DNA of 64,000 bases, from contig OZ024743.1 in assembly GCA_964016885.1 (NCBI GenBank), positions 327,856,001 to 327,920,000 of the forward strand. Reading direction: 5' to 3'. Under the pieces are notes generated by a model. That model was not told where the DNA came from, did no database searches, and was given only the letters and a program-made list of their open reading frames with translations. A program made the translations under genes and the position numbers. Position 1 is the stretch's first letter. Each line of letters begins with the position of its first letter. This document shows positions 40,001-52,730 of the stretch, piece after piece. Source of the DNA: Eledone cirrhosa (lineage: Eukaryota).

Positions 40001-41050
40001 ATTATGTACTAGCAGAGGGAACAGTAAGCTGGCAGTGGCAAGGAAGCTGTGCTGTGTATAGGAAGAAGTAGTCAGCCACTATGTACTAGCAGAGGGAACA
40101 GTAAGCTGGCAGTGGCAAGGAAGCTGTGCTGTGTATAGGAAGAAGTAGTCAGACACTATGTACTAGCAGAGGGAGCAGTAAGCTGACAGTCGCAAGGAAA
40201 CTGTGTTGTGTATAGGAAGAAGGAGTCAGACACTATGTACTAGCAGAGGAAACAGTAAGCTGGCAGTGGTAAGGAAGCTGTGTTGTGTATAGGAAGAAAG
40301 AGTCAGACACTATGTACTACGAGAGGGAACAGTAAGCTGGCAGTGGCAAGGAAGCTGTGCTGTGTATAGGAAGACGTAGTCAGACAATATGTACTAGCAG
40401 AGGGAACAGTAAGCTGGCAGTGGCAAGGAAGCTGTGTTGTGTATAGGAAGAAGTAGACAGACATTATGTACTATCAGAGGGAGCAGTAAGCTGGCAGTGG
40501 CAAGGAACCTGTGTTGTGTATAGGAAGAAGTAGTCAGACATTATGTACTAGCAGAGGAAACAGTAAGCTGGCAGTGGTAAGGAAGCTGTGTTGCGTATAG
40601 GAAGAAAGAGTCAGACACTATGTACTACGAGAGGGAACAGTAAGCTGGCAGTGGCAAGGAAGCTGTGTTGTGTATAGGAAGAAGTAGTCAGACATTATGT
40701 ACTAGCAGAGGGAGCAGTAAGCTGGCAGTGGCAAGGAACCTGTGTTGTGTATAGGAAGAAGTAGTCAGACATTATGTACTAATAGAAGGAACAGTAAGCT
40801 GGCAGTGGCAAGGAAGCTGTGTTGTGTATAGGAAGAAGTAGTCAGCCACTATGTACTAGCAGAAGGAATAGTAAGTTGGCAGTGGCAAGGAAGCTGTGTT
40901 GTGTATAGGAAGAAGTAGTCAGACATTATATACTAGCACAGGGAACAGTAAGCTGGCAGTGGCAAGGAAGCTGTGTTGTGTATAGGAAGAAGTAGTCAGA
41001 CATTATGTACTAGCAGAGGGAACAGTAAGCTGGCAGTGGCAAGGAAGCTG
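34100..41050 (+). repeat. ~4.4-kb (57-monomer offset) duplication flanking a 78-bp tract
   Basis: The rare variant GCATTCGCAAGG is at 34631 and 39032 (offset 4401). The same ordered series of variants follows in both copies (CATTAAGCTGTCTGTGG, AACAGCAAGC, GACAATATG, GGAATAGTAAGTTGG). Confidence 0.85.
36700..38360 (+). repeat. Tract enriched in the 78-bp monomer subtype
   Basis: Long runs of GGCAAAGGAGGCTGTG; ORFs 36649..37829. Confidence 0.9.
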
Positions 41051-41099
41051 TGTTGTGTATAGGAAGAAGGAGTCAGACACTATGTACTAGCAGAGGGAA

Positions 41100-43070
41100 C
41101 AGTAAGCTGGCAGTGGCAAAGGAGGCTGTGTTGTGTATAGGAAGAAGGAGTCAGACACTATGTACTAGCAGAGGGAACAGTAAGCTGGCAGTGGCAAAGG
41201 AGGCACTGTTGTGTATAGGAAGAAGTAGTCAGACATTATGTACTAGCAGAGGGAACAGAAAGCTTGCAGTGGCAAGGAAGCTGTGTTGTGTATAGGAAGA
41301 AGGAGTCAGACACTATGTACTAGCAGAGGGAACAGTAAGCTGGCAGTGGCAAAGGAGGCACTGTTGTGTATAGGAAGAAGTAGTCAGACACTATGTACTA
41401 GCAGAGGGAACAGTAAGCTGGCAGTGGTAAACGAGGCTGTGTTATGTATAGGAAGAAGTAGTCAGACACTATGTACTAGCAGAGGGAACAGTAAGCTGGC
41501 AGTGGCAAAGGAGGCTGTGTTGTGTATAGGAAGAAGTAGTCAGACATTATGTACTAGCAGAGGGAACAGTAAGCTGGCAGTGGCAAAGGAGGCTGTGTTG
41601 TGTATAGGAAGAAGTAGTCAGACATTATGTACTAGCAGAGGGAACAGTAAGCTGGCAGTGGCAAAGGAGGCTGTGTTATGTATAGGAAGAAGTAGTCAGA
41701 CATTATGTACTAGCAGAGGGAACAGTAAGCTGGCAGTGGCAAAGGAGGCTGTGTTGTGTATAGGAAGTAGTCAGACACTATGTACTAGCAGAGGGAACAG
41801 TAAGCTGGCAGTGGCAAGGAAGCTGTGTTGTGTATAGGAAGAAGTAGTCAGACACTATGTACTAGCAGAGGGAACAGTAAGCTGGCAGTGGCAAAGGAGG
41901 CTGTGTTGTGTATAGGAAGAAGTAGTCAGACACTATGTACTAGCAGAGGGAACAGTAAGCTGGCAGTGGCAAAGGAGGCTGTGTTGTGTATAGGAAGAAG
42001 TAGTCAGACATTATGTATTAGCAGAGGGAACAGAAAGCTTGCAGTGGCAAGGAAGCTGTGTTGTGTATAGGAAGAAGTAGTCAGACACTATGTACTAGCA
42101 GAGGGAACAGTAAGCTGGCAGTGGCAAAGGAGACTGTGTTGTGTATAGGAAGAAGTTTGTCAGACATTATGTACTAGCAGAGGGAACAGTAAGCTGGCAG
42201 TGGCAAAGGAGGCTGTGTTGTGTATAGGAAGAAGTAGTCAGACATTATGTACTAGCAGAGGGAACAGTAAGCTGGCAGTGGCAAAGGAGGCTGTGTTGTG
42301 TATAGGAAGAAGTAGTCAGACATTATGTACAAGCAGAGGGAACAGTAAGCTGGCAGTGGCAAAGGAGGCTGTGTTGTGTATAGGAAGAAGTAGTGAGACA
42401 CTATGTACTAGCAGAGGGAACAGTAAGCTGGCAGTGGCAAAGGAGGCTGTGTTGTGTATAGGAAGAAGTAGTCAGACACTATGTACTAACAGAGGGAACA
42501 GTAAGCTGGCAGTGGCAAGGAAGCTGTGTTGTGTATAGGAAGAAGTAGTCAGACACTATGTACTAGCAGAGGGAACAGTAAGCTGGCAGTGGCAAGGAAA
42601 CTGTGTTGTGTATAGGAAGAAGTAGTCAGACACTATTTACTAGCAGAGGGAACAGTAAGATGTCAGTGGCAAGGAAGCTGTGTTGTGTATAGGAAGAAGT
42701 AGTCAGACACTATGTACTAGCAGAGGGAACAGTAAGCTGGCAGTGGCAAGGAGGCTGTGTTGTGTATAGGAAGAAGTAGTCAGACACTATGTACTAGCAG
42801 AGGGAACAGTAAGATGTCAGTGGCAAGGAAGCTGTGTTGTGTATAGGAAGAAAGAGTCAGACACTATGTACTAGCAGAGGGAACAGTAATCTGGCAGTGG
42901 CAAGGAAGCTGTGTTGTGTATAGGAAGAAAGAGTCAGACACTATGTACTAGCAGAGGGAACAGTAAGCTGGCAGTTGCAAAGGAGGCTGTGTTGCGTATA
43001 GGAAGAAGGAGTCAGACATTATGTACTAGCAGAGGGAGCAGTAAGCTGGCAGTGGCAAAGGAGGCTGTGT
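41100..43070 (+). repeat. Tract enriched in the 78-bp monomer subtype
   Basis: Runs of GGCAAAGGAGGCTGTG; ORFs 41050..43243. Confidence 0.9.
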
Positions 43071-44959
43071 TGTGTATAGGAAGAAGTAGTCAGAGACTAT
43101 GTACTAGCAGAGGGAACAGTAAGCTGGCAGTGGCAAGGAAGCTGTGTTGTGTATGGGAAGAAGTAGTCAGACATTATGTACTAGCAGAGGGAACAGTAAG
43201 CTGGCAGTGGCAAGGAAGCTGTGTTGCGTATAGGAAGAAGTAGTCAGACATTATGTACTAGTAGAGGGAACAGTAAGCTGGCAGCGGCAAGGAAGCTGTG
43301 TTGTGTATAGCAAGGAGTCAGACATTATGTACTAGCAGAGGGAACAGTATGCTGACAGTGGCAAGGAAGCTGTGTTGTGTATAGGAACGAGTCAGACATT
43401 ATGTACTAGCAGAGGGAACAGTAAGCTGGCAGTGGCAAGGAAGCTGTGTCGTGTATAGGAAGAAGTAGTCAGACACTATGTACTAACAGAGGGAGCAGTA
43501 AGCTGGCAGTGGCCAGGAAGCTGTGTTGTGTATAGGAAGAAGTAGTCAGACATTATATACTAGCAGAGGGAACAGTAGGCTGGCAGTGGCCAGGAATCTG
43601 TGTTGTGTATAGGAAGAAGTATTCAGACATTATATACTAGCACAGGGAACAGTAAGCTGGCAGTGGCAAGGAAGCTGTGTTGTGTATAGGAAGAAGTAGT
43701 CAGACATTATGTACTAGCAGAGGGAACAGTAAGCTGGCAGTGGCAAGGAAGCTGTGTTGTGTATAGGAAGAAGTAGTCAGACATTATGTACTAGCAGAGG
43801 GAACAGTAAGCTGGCAGTGGCAAGGAAGCTGTGCTGTGTATAGGAAGAAGTAGTCAGACATTATGTACTAGCACAGGGAACAGTAAGCTGGCAGTGGCAA
43901 GAAGCTGTGTTGTGTATAGGAAGAAGTAGTCAGACATTATGTACTAGCAGAGGGAACAGTAAGCTGGCAGTGGCAAGGAAGCTGTGTTGTGTATAGGAAG
44001 AAGTAGTCAGACATTATATACTAGCAGAGGGAACAGTAAGCTGGCAGTGGCCAGGAATCTGTGTTGTGTATAGGAAGAAGTAGTCAGACATTATATACTA
44101 GCAGAGGGAACAGTAAGCTGGCAGTGGCAAGGAAGCTGTGTTGTGTACAGGAAGAAGTAGTCGGACATTATGTACTAGCAGAGGGAACAGTAAGCTGGCA
44201 GTGGCAAGGAAGCTGTGTTGTGTATAGGAAGAAGTAGTCAGACATTATGTACTAGCAGAGGGAACAGTAAGCTGGCAGTGGCAAGGAAGCTGTGCTGTGT
44301 ATAGGAAGAAGTAGTCAGACATTATGTACTAGCACAGGGAACAGTAAGCTGGCAGTGGCAAGGAAGCTGTGTTGTGTATAGGAAGAAGTAGTCAGACATT
44401 ATGTACTAGCACAGGGAACAGTAAGCTGGCAGTGGCAAGGAAGCTGTGTTGTGTATAGGAAGAAGTAGTCAGACATTATGTACTAGCAGAGGGAACAGTA
44501 AGCTGGCAGTGGCAAGGAAGCTGTGCTGTGTATAGGAAGAAGTAGTCAGACATTATGTACTAGCAGAGGGAACAGTAAGCTGGCAGTTGCAAGGAAGCTG
44601 TGTTGTGTATAGGAAGAAGTATTCAGACATTATGTACTAGCAGAGGGGGAAGTAAGCTGGCAGTGGCAAGGAGGCTGTGTTATGTATAGGAAGAAGTAGT
44701 CTGCCACTATGTACTAGCAGAGGGAACAGTAAGTTGGCAGTGGCAAGGAAGCTGTGTTGTGTATAGGAAGAAGTAGTCAGACATTATATACTAGCACAGG
44801 GAACAGTAAGCTGGCAGTGGCAAGGAAGCTGTGTTGTGTATAGGAAGAAGTAGTCAGACATTATGTACTAGCAGAGGGAACAGTAAGCTGGCAGTGGCAA
44901 GGAAGCTGTGTTGTGTATAGGAAGAAGGAGTCAGACACTATGTACTAGCAGAGGGAACA

Positions 44960-45900
44960 GTAAGCTGGCAGTGGCAAAGGAGGCTGTGTTGTGTATAGGA
45001 AGAAGGAGTCAGACACTATGTACTAGCAGAGGGAACAGTAAGCTGGCAGTGGCAAAGGAGGCTGTGTTGTGTATAGGAAGAAGTAGTCAGACATTATGTA
45101 CTAGCAGAGGGAACAGTAAGCTGGCAGTGGCAAAGGAGGCTGTGTTGTGTATAGGCAGTAGTAGTCAGACACTATGTACTAGCAGAGGGAACAGTAAGCT
45201 GGCAGTGGCAAAGGAGGCTGTGTTGTGTATAGGAAGAAGTAGTCAGACACTATGTACTAGCAGAGGGAACAGTAAGCTGGCAGTGGCAAAGGAGGCACTG
45301 TTGTGTATAGGAAGAAGTAGTCAGACATTATGTACTAGCAGAGGGAACAGAAAGCTTGCAGTGGCAAGGAAGCTGTGTTGTGTATAGGAAGAAGTAGTCA
45401 GACATTATGTACTAGCAGAGGGAACAGTAAGCTGGCAGTGGCAAAGGAGGCTGTGTTGTGTATAGGAAGAAGTAGTCAGACATTATGTACTAGCAGAGGG
45501 AACAGTAAGCTGGCAGTGTCAAAGGAGGCTGTGTTATGTATAGGAAGAAGTAGTCAGACATTATGTACTAGCAGAGGGAACAGTAAGCTGGCAGTGGCAA
45601 AGGAGGCTGTGTTGTGTATAGGAAGAAGTAGTCAGACACTATATACTAGCAGAGGGAACAGAAAGCTTGCAGTGGCAAGGAAGCTGTGTTGTGTATAGGA
45701 AGAAGTAGTCAGACACTATGTACTAGCAGAGGGAACAGTAAGCTGGCAGTGGCAAAGGAGGCTGTGTTGTGTATAGGAAGAAGTAGTCAGACACTATGTA
45801 CTAGCAGAGGGAACAGTAAGCTGGCAGTGGCCAAGGAGGCTGTGTTGTGTATAGGAAGAAGTAGTCAGACATTATGTACTAGCAGAGGGAACAGAAAGCT
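44960..45900 (+). repeat. Tract enriched in the 78-bp monomer subtype
   Basis: Runs of GGCAAAGGAGGCTGTG; ORFs 44908..45931. Confidence 0.9.
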
Positions 45901-47959
45901 TGCAGTTGCAAGGAAGCTGTGTTGTGTATAGGAAGAAGTAGTCAGACATTATGTACTAGCAGAGGGAACAGTAAGCTGGCAGTGGCAAGGAAGCTGTGCT
46001 GTGTATAGGAAGAAGTAGTCAGCCACTATGTACTATCAGAGGGAGGAGTAAGCTGGCAGTTGAAAGGAAGCTGTGTTGTGTATAGGAAGAAGTAGTCAGA
46101 CATTATGTACTAGCAGAGGGAACAGTAAGCTGGCAGTGGCAAGGAAGCTGTGCCGTGTATAGGAAGAAGTAGTCAGCCACTATGTACTATCAGAGGGAGG
46201 AGTAAGCTGGCAGTGGCAAGGAAGCTGTGCTGTGTATAGGAAGAAGTAGTCAGACATTATGTACTAGCAGAGGGAACAGTAAGCTGGCAGTGGCAAGGAA
46301 GCTGTGCTGTGTATAGGAAGAAGTAGTCAGCCACTATGTACTATCAGAGGGAGGAGTAAGCTGGCAGTGGCAAGGAAGCTGTGCTGTGTATAGGAAGAAG
46401 TAGTCAGACATTATGTACTAGCAGAGGGAACAGTAAGCTGGCAGTGGCAAGGAAGCTGTGCTGTGTATAGGAAGAAGTAGTCAGACACTATGTACTAGCA
46501 GAGGGAACAGTAAGCTGGCAGTGGCAAGGAAGCTGTGCTGTGTGAAGAAGTAGTCAGCCACTATGTACTAGCAGAGGGACAGTAAGCTGACAGTGGCAAG
46601 GAAGCTGTGCTGTGTACAGGAGGAAGGAGTCAGACACTATGTACTACGAGAGGGAACAGTAAGCTGTCAGTGGCAAGGAAGCTGTGTTGTGTATAGGAAG
46701 ACGTAGTCAGACATTATGTACTAGCAGAGGGAACAGTAAGCTGACAGTGGCAAGGAAGCTGTGTTGTGTATAGGAAGGAGTCAGATATTATGCACTAGCA
46801 GAGGGAACAGTAAGCTGGCAGTGGCAAGGAAGCTGTGTCGTGTATAGGAAGAAGAAGTCAAACATTATATACTAGCAGAGGAAGCAGTAAGCTGACAGTG
46901 GCAAGGAAGCTGTGTTTTGTACAGGAGGAAGGAGTCAGACACTATGTAATACGAGAGGGAACAGTAAACTGGCAGTGGCAAGGAAGCTCTGTTGTGTATA
47001 GGAAGACGTAGTCAGACATTATGTACTAGCAGAGGGAACAGTAAGCTGGCAGTGGCAAGGAAGCTGTGTTGTGTATAGGAAGAAAGAGTCAGACACTATG
47101 TACTAGCAGAGGGAACAGTAAGCTGGCAGTGGCAAGCAAGCTGTGTTGTGTATAGGAAGAAGTAGACAGACATTATGTACTATCAGAGGGAGCAGTAAGC
47201 TGGCAGTGGCAAGGAACCTGTGTTGTGTATAGGAAGAAGTAGTCAGACATTATGTACTAGCAGAGGAAACAGTAAGCTGGCAGTGGTAAGGAAGCTGTGT
47301 TGCGTATAGGAAGAAAGAGTCAGACACTATGTACTACGAGAGGGAACAGTAAGCTGGCAGTGGCAAGGAAGCTGTGTTGTGTATAGGAAGAAGTAGTCAG
47401 ACATTATGTACTAGCAGAGGGAGCAGTAAGCTGGCAGTGGCAAGGAACCTGTGTTGTGTATAGGAAGAAGTAGTCAGACATTATGTACTAATAGAAGGAA
47501 CAGTAAGCTGGCAATGGCAAGGAAGCTGTGTTGTGTATAGGAAGAAGTAGTCAGACACTATGTACTAGCAGAGGGAATAGTAAGCTGGCAGTGGCAAGGA
47601 AGCTGTGTTGTGTATAGGAAGAAGTATTCAGACATTATGTACTAGCAGAGGGGGAAGTAAGCTGGCAGTGGCAAGGAGGCTGTGTTATGTATAGGAAGAA
47701 GTAGTCTGCCACTATGTACTAGCAGAGGGAACAGTAAGTTGGCAGTGGCAAGGAAGCTGTGTTGTGTATAGGAAGAAGTAGTCAGACATTATATACTAGC
47801 ACAGGGAACAGTAAGCTGGCAGTGGCAAGGAAGCTGTGTTGTGTATAGGAAGAAGTAGTCAGACATTATGTACTAGCAGAGGGAACAGTAAGCTGGCAGT
47901 GGCAAGGAAGCTGTGTTGTGTATAGGAAGAAGGAGTCAGACACTATGTACTAGCAGAGG

Positions 47960-49480
47960 GAACAGTAAGCTGGCAGTGGCAAAGGAGGCTGTGTTGTGTA
48001 TAGGAAGAAGGAGTCAGACACTATGTACTAGCAGAGGGAACAGTAAGCTGGCAGTGGCAAAGGAGGCTGTGTTGTGTATAGGAAGAAGTAGTCAGACATT
48101 ATGTACTAGCAGAGGGAACAGTAAGCTGGCAGTGGCAAAGGAGGCTGTGTTGTGTATAGGCAGTAGTAGTCAGACACTATGTACTAGCAGAGGGAACAGT
48201 AAGCTGGCAGTGGCAAAGGAGGCTGTGTTGTGTATAGGAAGAAGTAGTCAGACATTATGTACTAGCAGAGGGAACAGTAAGCTGGCAGTGGTAAACGAGG
48301 CTGTGTTGTGTATAGGAAGAAGTAGTCAGACACTATGTACTAGCAGAGGGAACAGTAAGCTGGCAGTGGCAAAGGAGGCACTGTTGTGTATAGGAAGAAG
48401 TAGTCAGACATTATGTACTAGCAGAGGGAACAGAAAGCTTGCAGTGGCAAGGAAGCTGTGTTGTGTATAGGAAGAAGTAGTGAGACACTATGTACTAGCA
48501 GAGGGAACAGTAAGCTGGCAGTGGCAAAGGAGGCTGTGTTGTGTATAGGAAGAAGTAGTCAGACATTATGTACTAGCAGAGGGAACAGTAAGTTGGCAGT
48601 GGCAAAGGAGGCTGTGTTGTGTATAGGAAGAAGTAGTCAGACACTATGTACTAGCAGAGGGAACAGTAAGCTGGCAGTGGCAAAGGAGGCTGTGTTGTGT
48701 ATAGGAAGAAGTAGTCAGACATTATGTACTAGCAGAGGGAACAGAAAGCTTGCAGTGGCAAGGAAGCTGTGTTGTGTATAGGAAGAAGTAGTCAGACACT
48801 ATGTACTAGCAGAGGGAACAGTAAGCTGGCAGTGGCAAAGGAGGCTGTGTTGTGTATAGGAAGAAGTAGTCAGACATTATGTACTAGCAGAGGGAACAGT
48901 AAGCTGGCAGTGGCAAAGGAGTCTGTGTTGTGTATAGGAAGAAGTAGTCAGACATTATGTACTAGCAGAGGGAACAGTAAGCTGGCAGTGGCAAAGGAGG
49001 CTGTGTTGTGTATAGGAAGAAGTAGTCAGACATTATGTACAAGCAGAGGGAACAGTAAGCTGGCAGTGGCAAAGGAGGCTGTGTTGTGTATAGGAAGAAG
49101 TAGTGAGACACTATGTACTTGCAGAGGGAACAGTAAGCTGGCAGTGGCAAAGGAGGCTGTGTTATGTATAGGAAGAAGTAGTCAGACATTATGTACTAGC
49201 AGAGGGAACAGTAAGCTGGCAGTGGCAAAGGAGGCTGTGTTGTGTATAGGAAGAAGTAGTCAGACACTATATATTAGCAGAGGGAACAGAAAGCTTGCAG
49301 TGGCAAGGAAGCTGTGTTGTGTATAGGAAGAAGTAGTCAGACACTATGTACTAGCAGAGGGAACAGTAAGCTGGCAGTGGCAAAGGAGGCTGTGTTGTGT
49401 ATAGGAAGAAGTAGTCAGACACTATGTACTAGCAGAGGGAACAGTAAGCTGGCAGTGGCAAAGGAGGCTGTGTTGTGTAT
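47960..49480 (+). repeat. Tract enriched in the 78-bp monomer subtype
   Basis: Runs of GGCAAAGGAGGCTGTG; ORFs 47913..49559. Confidence 0.9.
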
Positions 49481-50209
49481 AGGAAGAAGTAGTCAGACAT
49501 TATGTACTAGCAGAGGAAACAGTAAGCTGGCAGTGGTAAGGAAGCTGTGTTGCGTATAGGAAGAAAGAGTCAGACACTATGTACTACGAGAGGGAACAGT
49601 AAGCTGGCAGTGGCAAGGAAGCTGTGTTGTGTATAGGAAGAAGTAGTCAGACATTATGTACTAGCAGAGGGAGCAGTAAGCTGGCAGTGGCAAGGAACCT
49701 GTGTTGTGTATAGGAAGAAGTAGTCAGACATTATGTACTAATAGAAGGAACAGTAAGCTGGCAATGGCAAGGAAGCTGTGTTGTGTATAGGAAGAAGTAG
49801 TCAGACACTATGTACTAGCAGAGGGAACAGTAAGCTGGCAGTGGCAAGGAAGCTGTGTTGTGTATAGGAAGAAGTATTCAGACATTATGTACTAGCAGAG
49901 GGGGAAGTAAGCTGGCAGTGGCAAGGAGGCTGTGTTATGTATAGGAAGAAGTAGTCTGCCACTATGTACTAGCAGAGGGAACAGTAAGTTGGCAGTGGCA
50001 AGGAAGCTGTGTTGTGTATAGGAAGAAGTAGTCAGACATTATATACTAGCACAGGGAACAGTAAGCTGGCAGTGGCAAGGAAGCTGTGTTGTGTGTAGGA
50101 AGAAGTAGTCAGACATTATGTACTAGCAGAGGGAACAGTAAGCTGGCAGTGGCAAGGAAGCTGTGTTGTGTATAGGAAGAAGGAGTCAGACACTATGTAC
50201 TAGCAGAGG

Positions 50210-52730
50210 GAACAGTAAGCTGGCAGTGGCAAAGGAGGCTGTGTTGTGTATAGGAAGAAGGAGTCAGACACTATGTACTAGCAGAGGGAACAGTAAGCTG
50301 GCAGTGGCAAAGGAGGCTGTGTTGTGTATAGGAAGAAGTAGTCAGACATTATGTACTAGCAGAGGGAACAGTAAGCTGGCAGTGGCAAAGGAGGCTGTGT
50401 TGTGTATAGGCAGTAGTAGTCAGACACTATGTACTAGCAGAGGGAACAGTAAGCTGGCAGTGGCAAAGGAGGCTGTGTTGTGTATAGGAAGAAGTAGTCA
50501 GACACTATGTACTAGCAGAGGGAACAGTAATCTGGCAGTGGCAATGGAGGCTGTGTTGTGCATAGGCAGTAGTAGTCAGACATTATGTACTAGCAGAGGG
50601 AACAGTAAGCTGGCAGTGGTAAACGAGGCTGTGTTGTGTATAGGAAGAAGTAGTCAGACACTATGTACTAGCAGAGGGAACAGTAAGCTGGCAGTGGCAA
50701 AGGAGGCACTGTTGTGTATAGGAAGAAGTAGTCAGACATTATGTACTAGCAGAGGGAACAGAAAGCTTGCAGTGGCAAGGAAGCTGTGTTGTGTATAGGA
50801 AGAAGTAGTCAGACATTATGTACTAGCAGAGGGAACAGTAAGCTGGCAGTGGCAAAGGAGGCTGTGTTGTGTATAGGAAGAAGTAGTCAGACATTATGTA
50901 CTAGCAGAGGGAACAGTAAGCTGGCAGTGGCAAAGGAGGCTGTGTTGTGTATAGGAAGAAGTAGTCAGACATTATGTACTAGCAGAGGGAACAGTAATCT
51001 GGCAGTGGCAAAGGAGGCTGTGTTGTGTATAGGAAGAAGTAGTCAGACATTATGTACTAGCAGAGGGAACAGTAATCTGGCAGTGGCAAAGGAGGCTGTC
51101 TTATGTATAGGAAGAAGTAGTCAGACATTATGTACTAGCAGAGGGAACAGTAAGCTGGCAGTGGCAAAGGAGGCTGTGTTGTGTATAGGAAGAAGTAGTC
51201 AGACATTATGTACTAGCAGAGGGAACAGTAAGCTGGCAGTGGCAAAGGAGGCTGTGTTGTGTATAGGAAGAAGTAGTCAGACACTATGTACTAGCAGAGG
51301 GAACAGTAAGCTGGCAGTGGCAAAGGAGGCTGTGTTGTGTATAGGAAGAAGTAGTCAGACACTATGTACTAGCAGAGGGAACAGTAAGCTGGCAGTGGCA
51401 AAGGAGGCTGTGTTGTGTATAGGAAGAAGTAGTCAGACACTATGTACTAGCAGAGGGAACAGTAAGCTGGCAGTGGCAAAGGAGGCTGTGTTGTGTATAG
51501 GAAGAAGTAGTCAGACACTATGTACTAGCAGAGGGAACAGTAAGCTGGCAGTGGCAAGGAAGCTGTGTTGTGTATAGGAAGAAGTAGTCAGACACTATGT
51601 ACTAGCAGAGGGAACAGTAAGCTGGCAGTGGCAAAGGAGGCTGTGTTGTGTATAGGAAGAAGTAGTCAGACACTATGTACTAGCAGAGGGAACAGTAAGC
51701 TGGCAGTGGCAAAGGAGGCTGTGTTGTGTATAGGAAGAAGTAGTCAGACATTATGTACTAGCAGAGGGAACAGAAAGCTTGCAGTGGCAAGGAAGCTGTG
51801 TTGTGTATAGGAAGAAGTAGTCAGACACTATGTACTAGCAGAGGGAACAGTAAGCTGGCAGTGGCAAAGGAGGCTGTGTTGTGTATAGGAAGAAGTAGTC
51901 AGACATTATGTACTAGCAGAGGGAACATTAAGCTGGCAGTGGCAAAGGAGGCTGTGTTGTGTATAGGAAGAAGTAGTCAGACATTATGTACTAGCAGAGG
52001 GAACAGTAAGCTGGCAGTGGCAAAGGAGGCTGTGTTGTGTATAGGAAGAAGTAGTCAGACATTATGTACAAGCAGAGGGAACAGTAAGCTGGCAGTGGCA
52101 AAGGAGGCTGTGTTGTGTATAGGAAGAAGTAGTGAGACACTATGTACTAGCAGAGGGAACAGTAAGCTGGCAGTGGCAAAGGAGGCTGTGTTGTGTATAG
52201 GAAGAAGTAGTCAGACACTATGTACTAGCAGAGGGAACAGTAAGCTGGCAGTGGCAAGGAAACTGTGTTGTGTATAGGAAGAAGTAGTCAGACACTATGT
52301 ACTAGCAGAGGGAACAGTAAGATGTCAGTGGCAAGGAAGCTGTGTTGTGTATAGGAAGAAGTAGTCAGACACTATGTACTAGCAGAGGGAACAGTAAGCT
52401 GGCAGTGGCAAGGAGGCTGTGTTGTGTATAGGAAGAAGTAGTCAGACACTATGTACTAGCAGAGGGAACAGTAAGATGTCAGTGGCAAGGAAGCTGTGTT
52501 GTGTATAGGAAGAAAGAGTCAGACACTATGTACTAGCAGAGGGAACAGTAATCTGCCAGTGGCAAGGACGCTGTGTTGTGTATAGGAAGAAAGAGTCAGA
52601 CACTATGTACTAGCAGAGGGAACAGTAAGCTGGCAGTTGCAAAGGAGGCTGTGTTGCGTATAGGAAGAAGGAGTCAGACATTATGTACTAGCAGAGGGAG
52701 CAGTAAGCTGGCAGTGGCAAAGGAGGCTGT
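50210..52730 (+). repeat. Largest and most homogeneous 78-bp subtype tract
   Basis: Up to nine consecutive 78-bp units (ORF 50786..51577, 263 aa). This is the last occurrence of the subtype I found in the window. Confidence 0.9.

Noticed and set aside
1142-49189. Minus-strand ORFs beginning MSDYFF (1142, 1808, 5352, 48962)
   Set aside because: The ATG is the complement of the CAT in the monomer. These 65-75-aa ORFs arise only where a point variant or the 27-bp deletion removes a stop.
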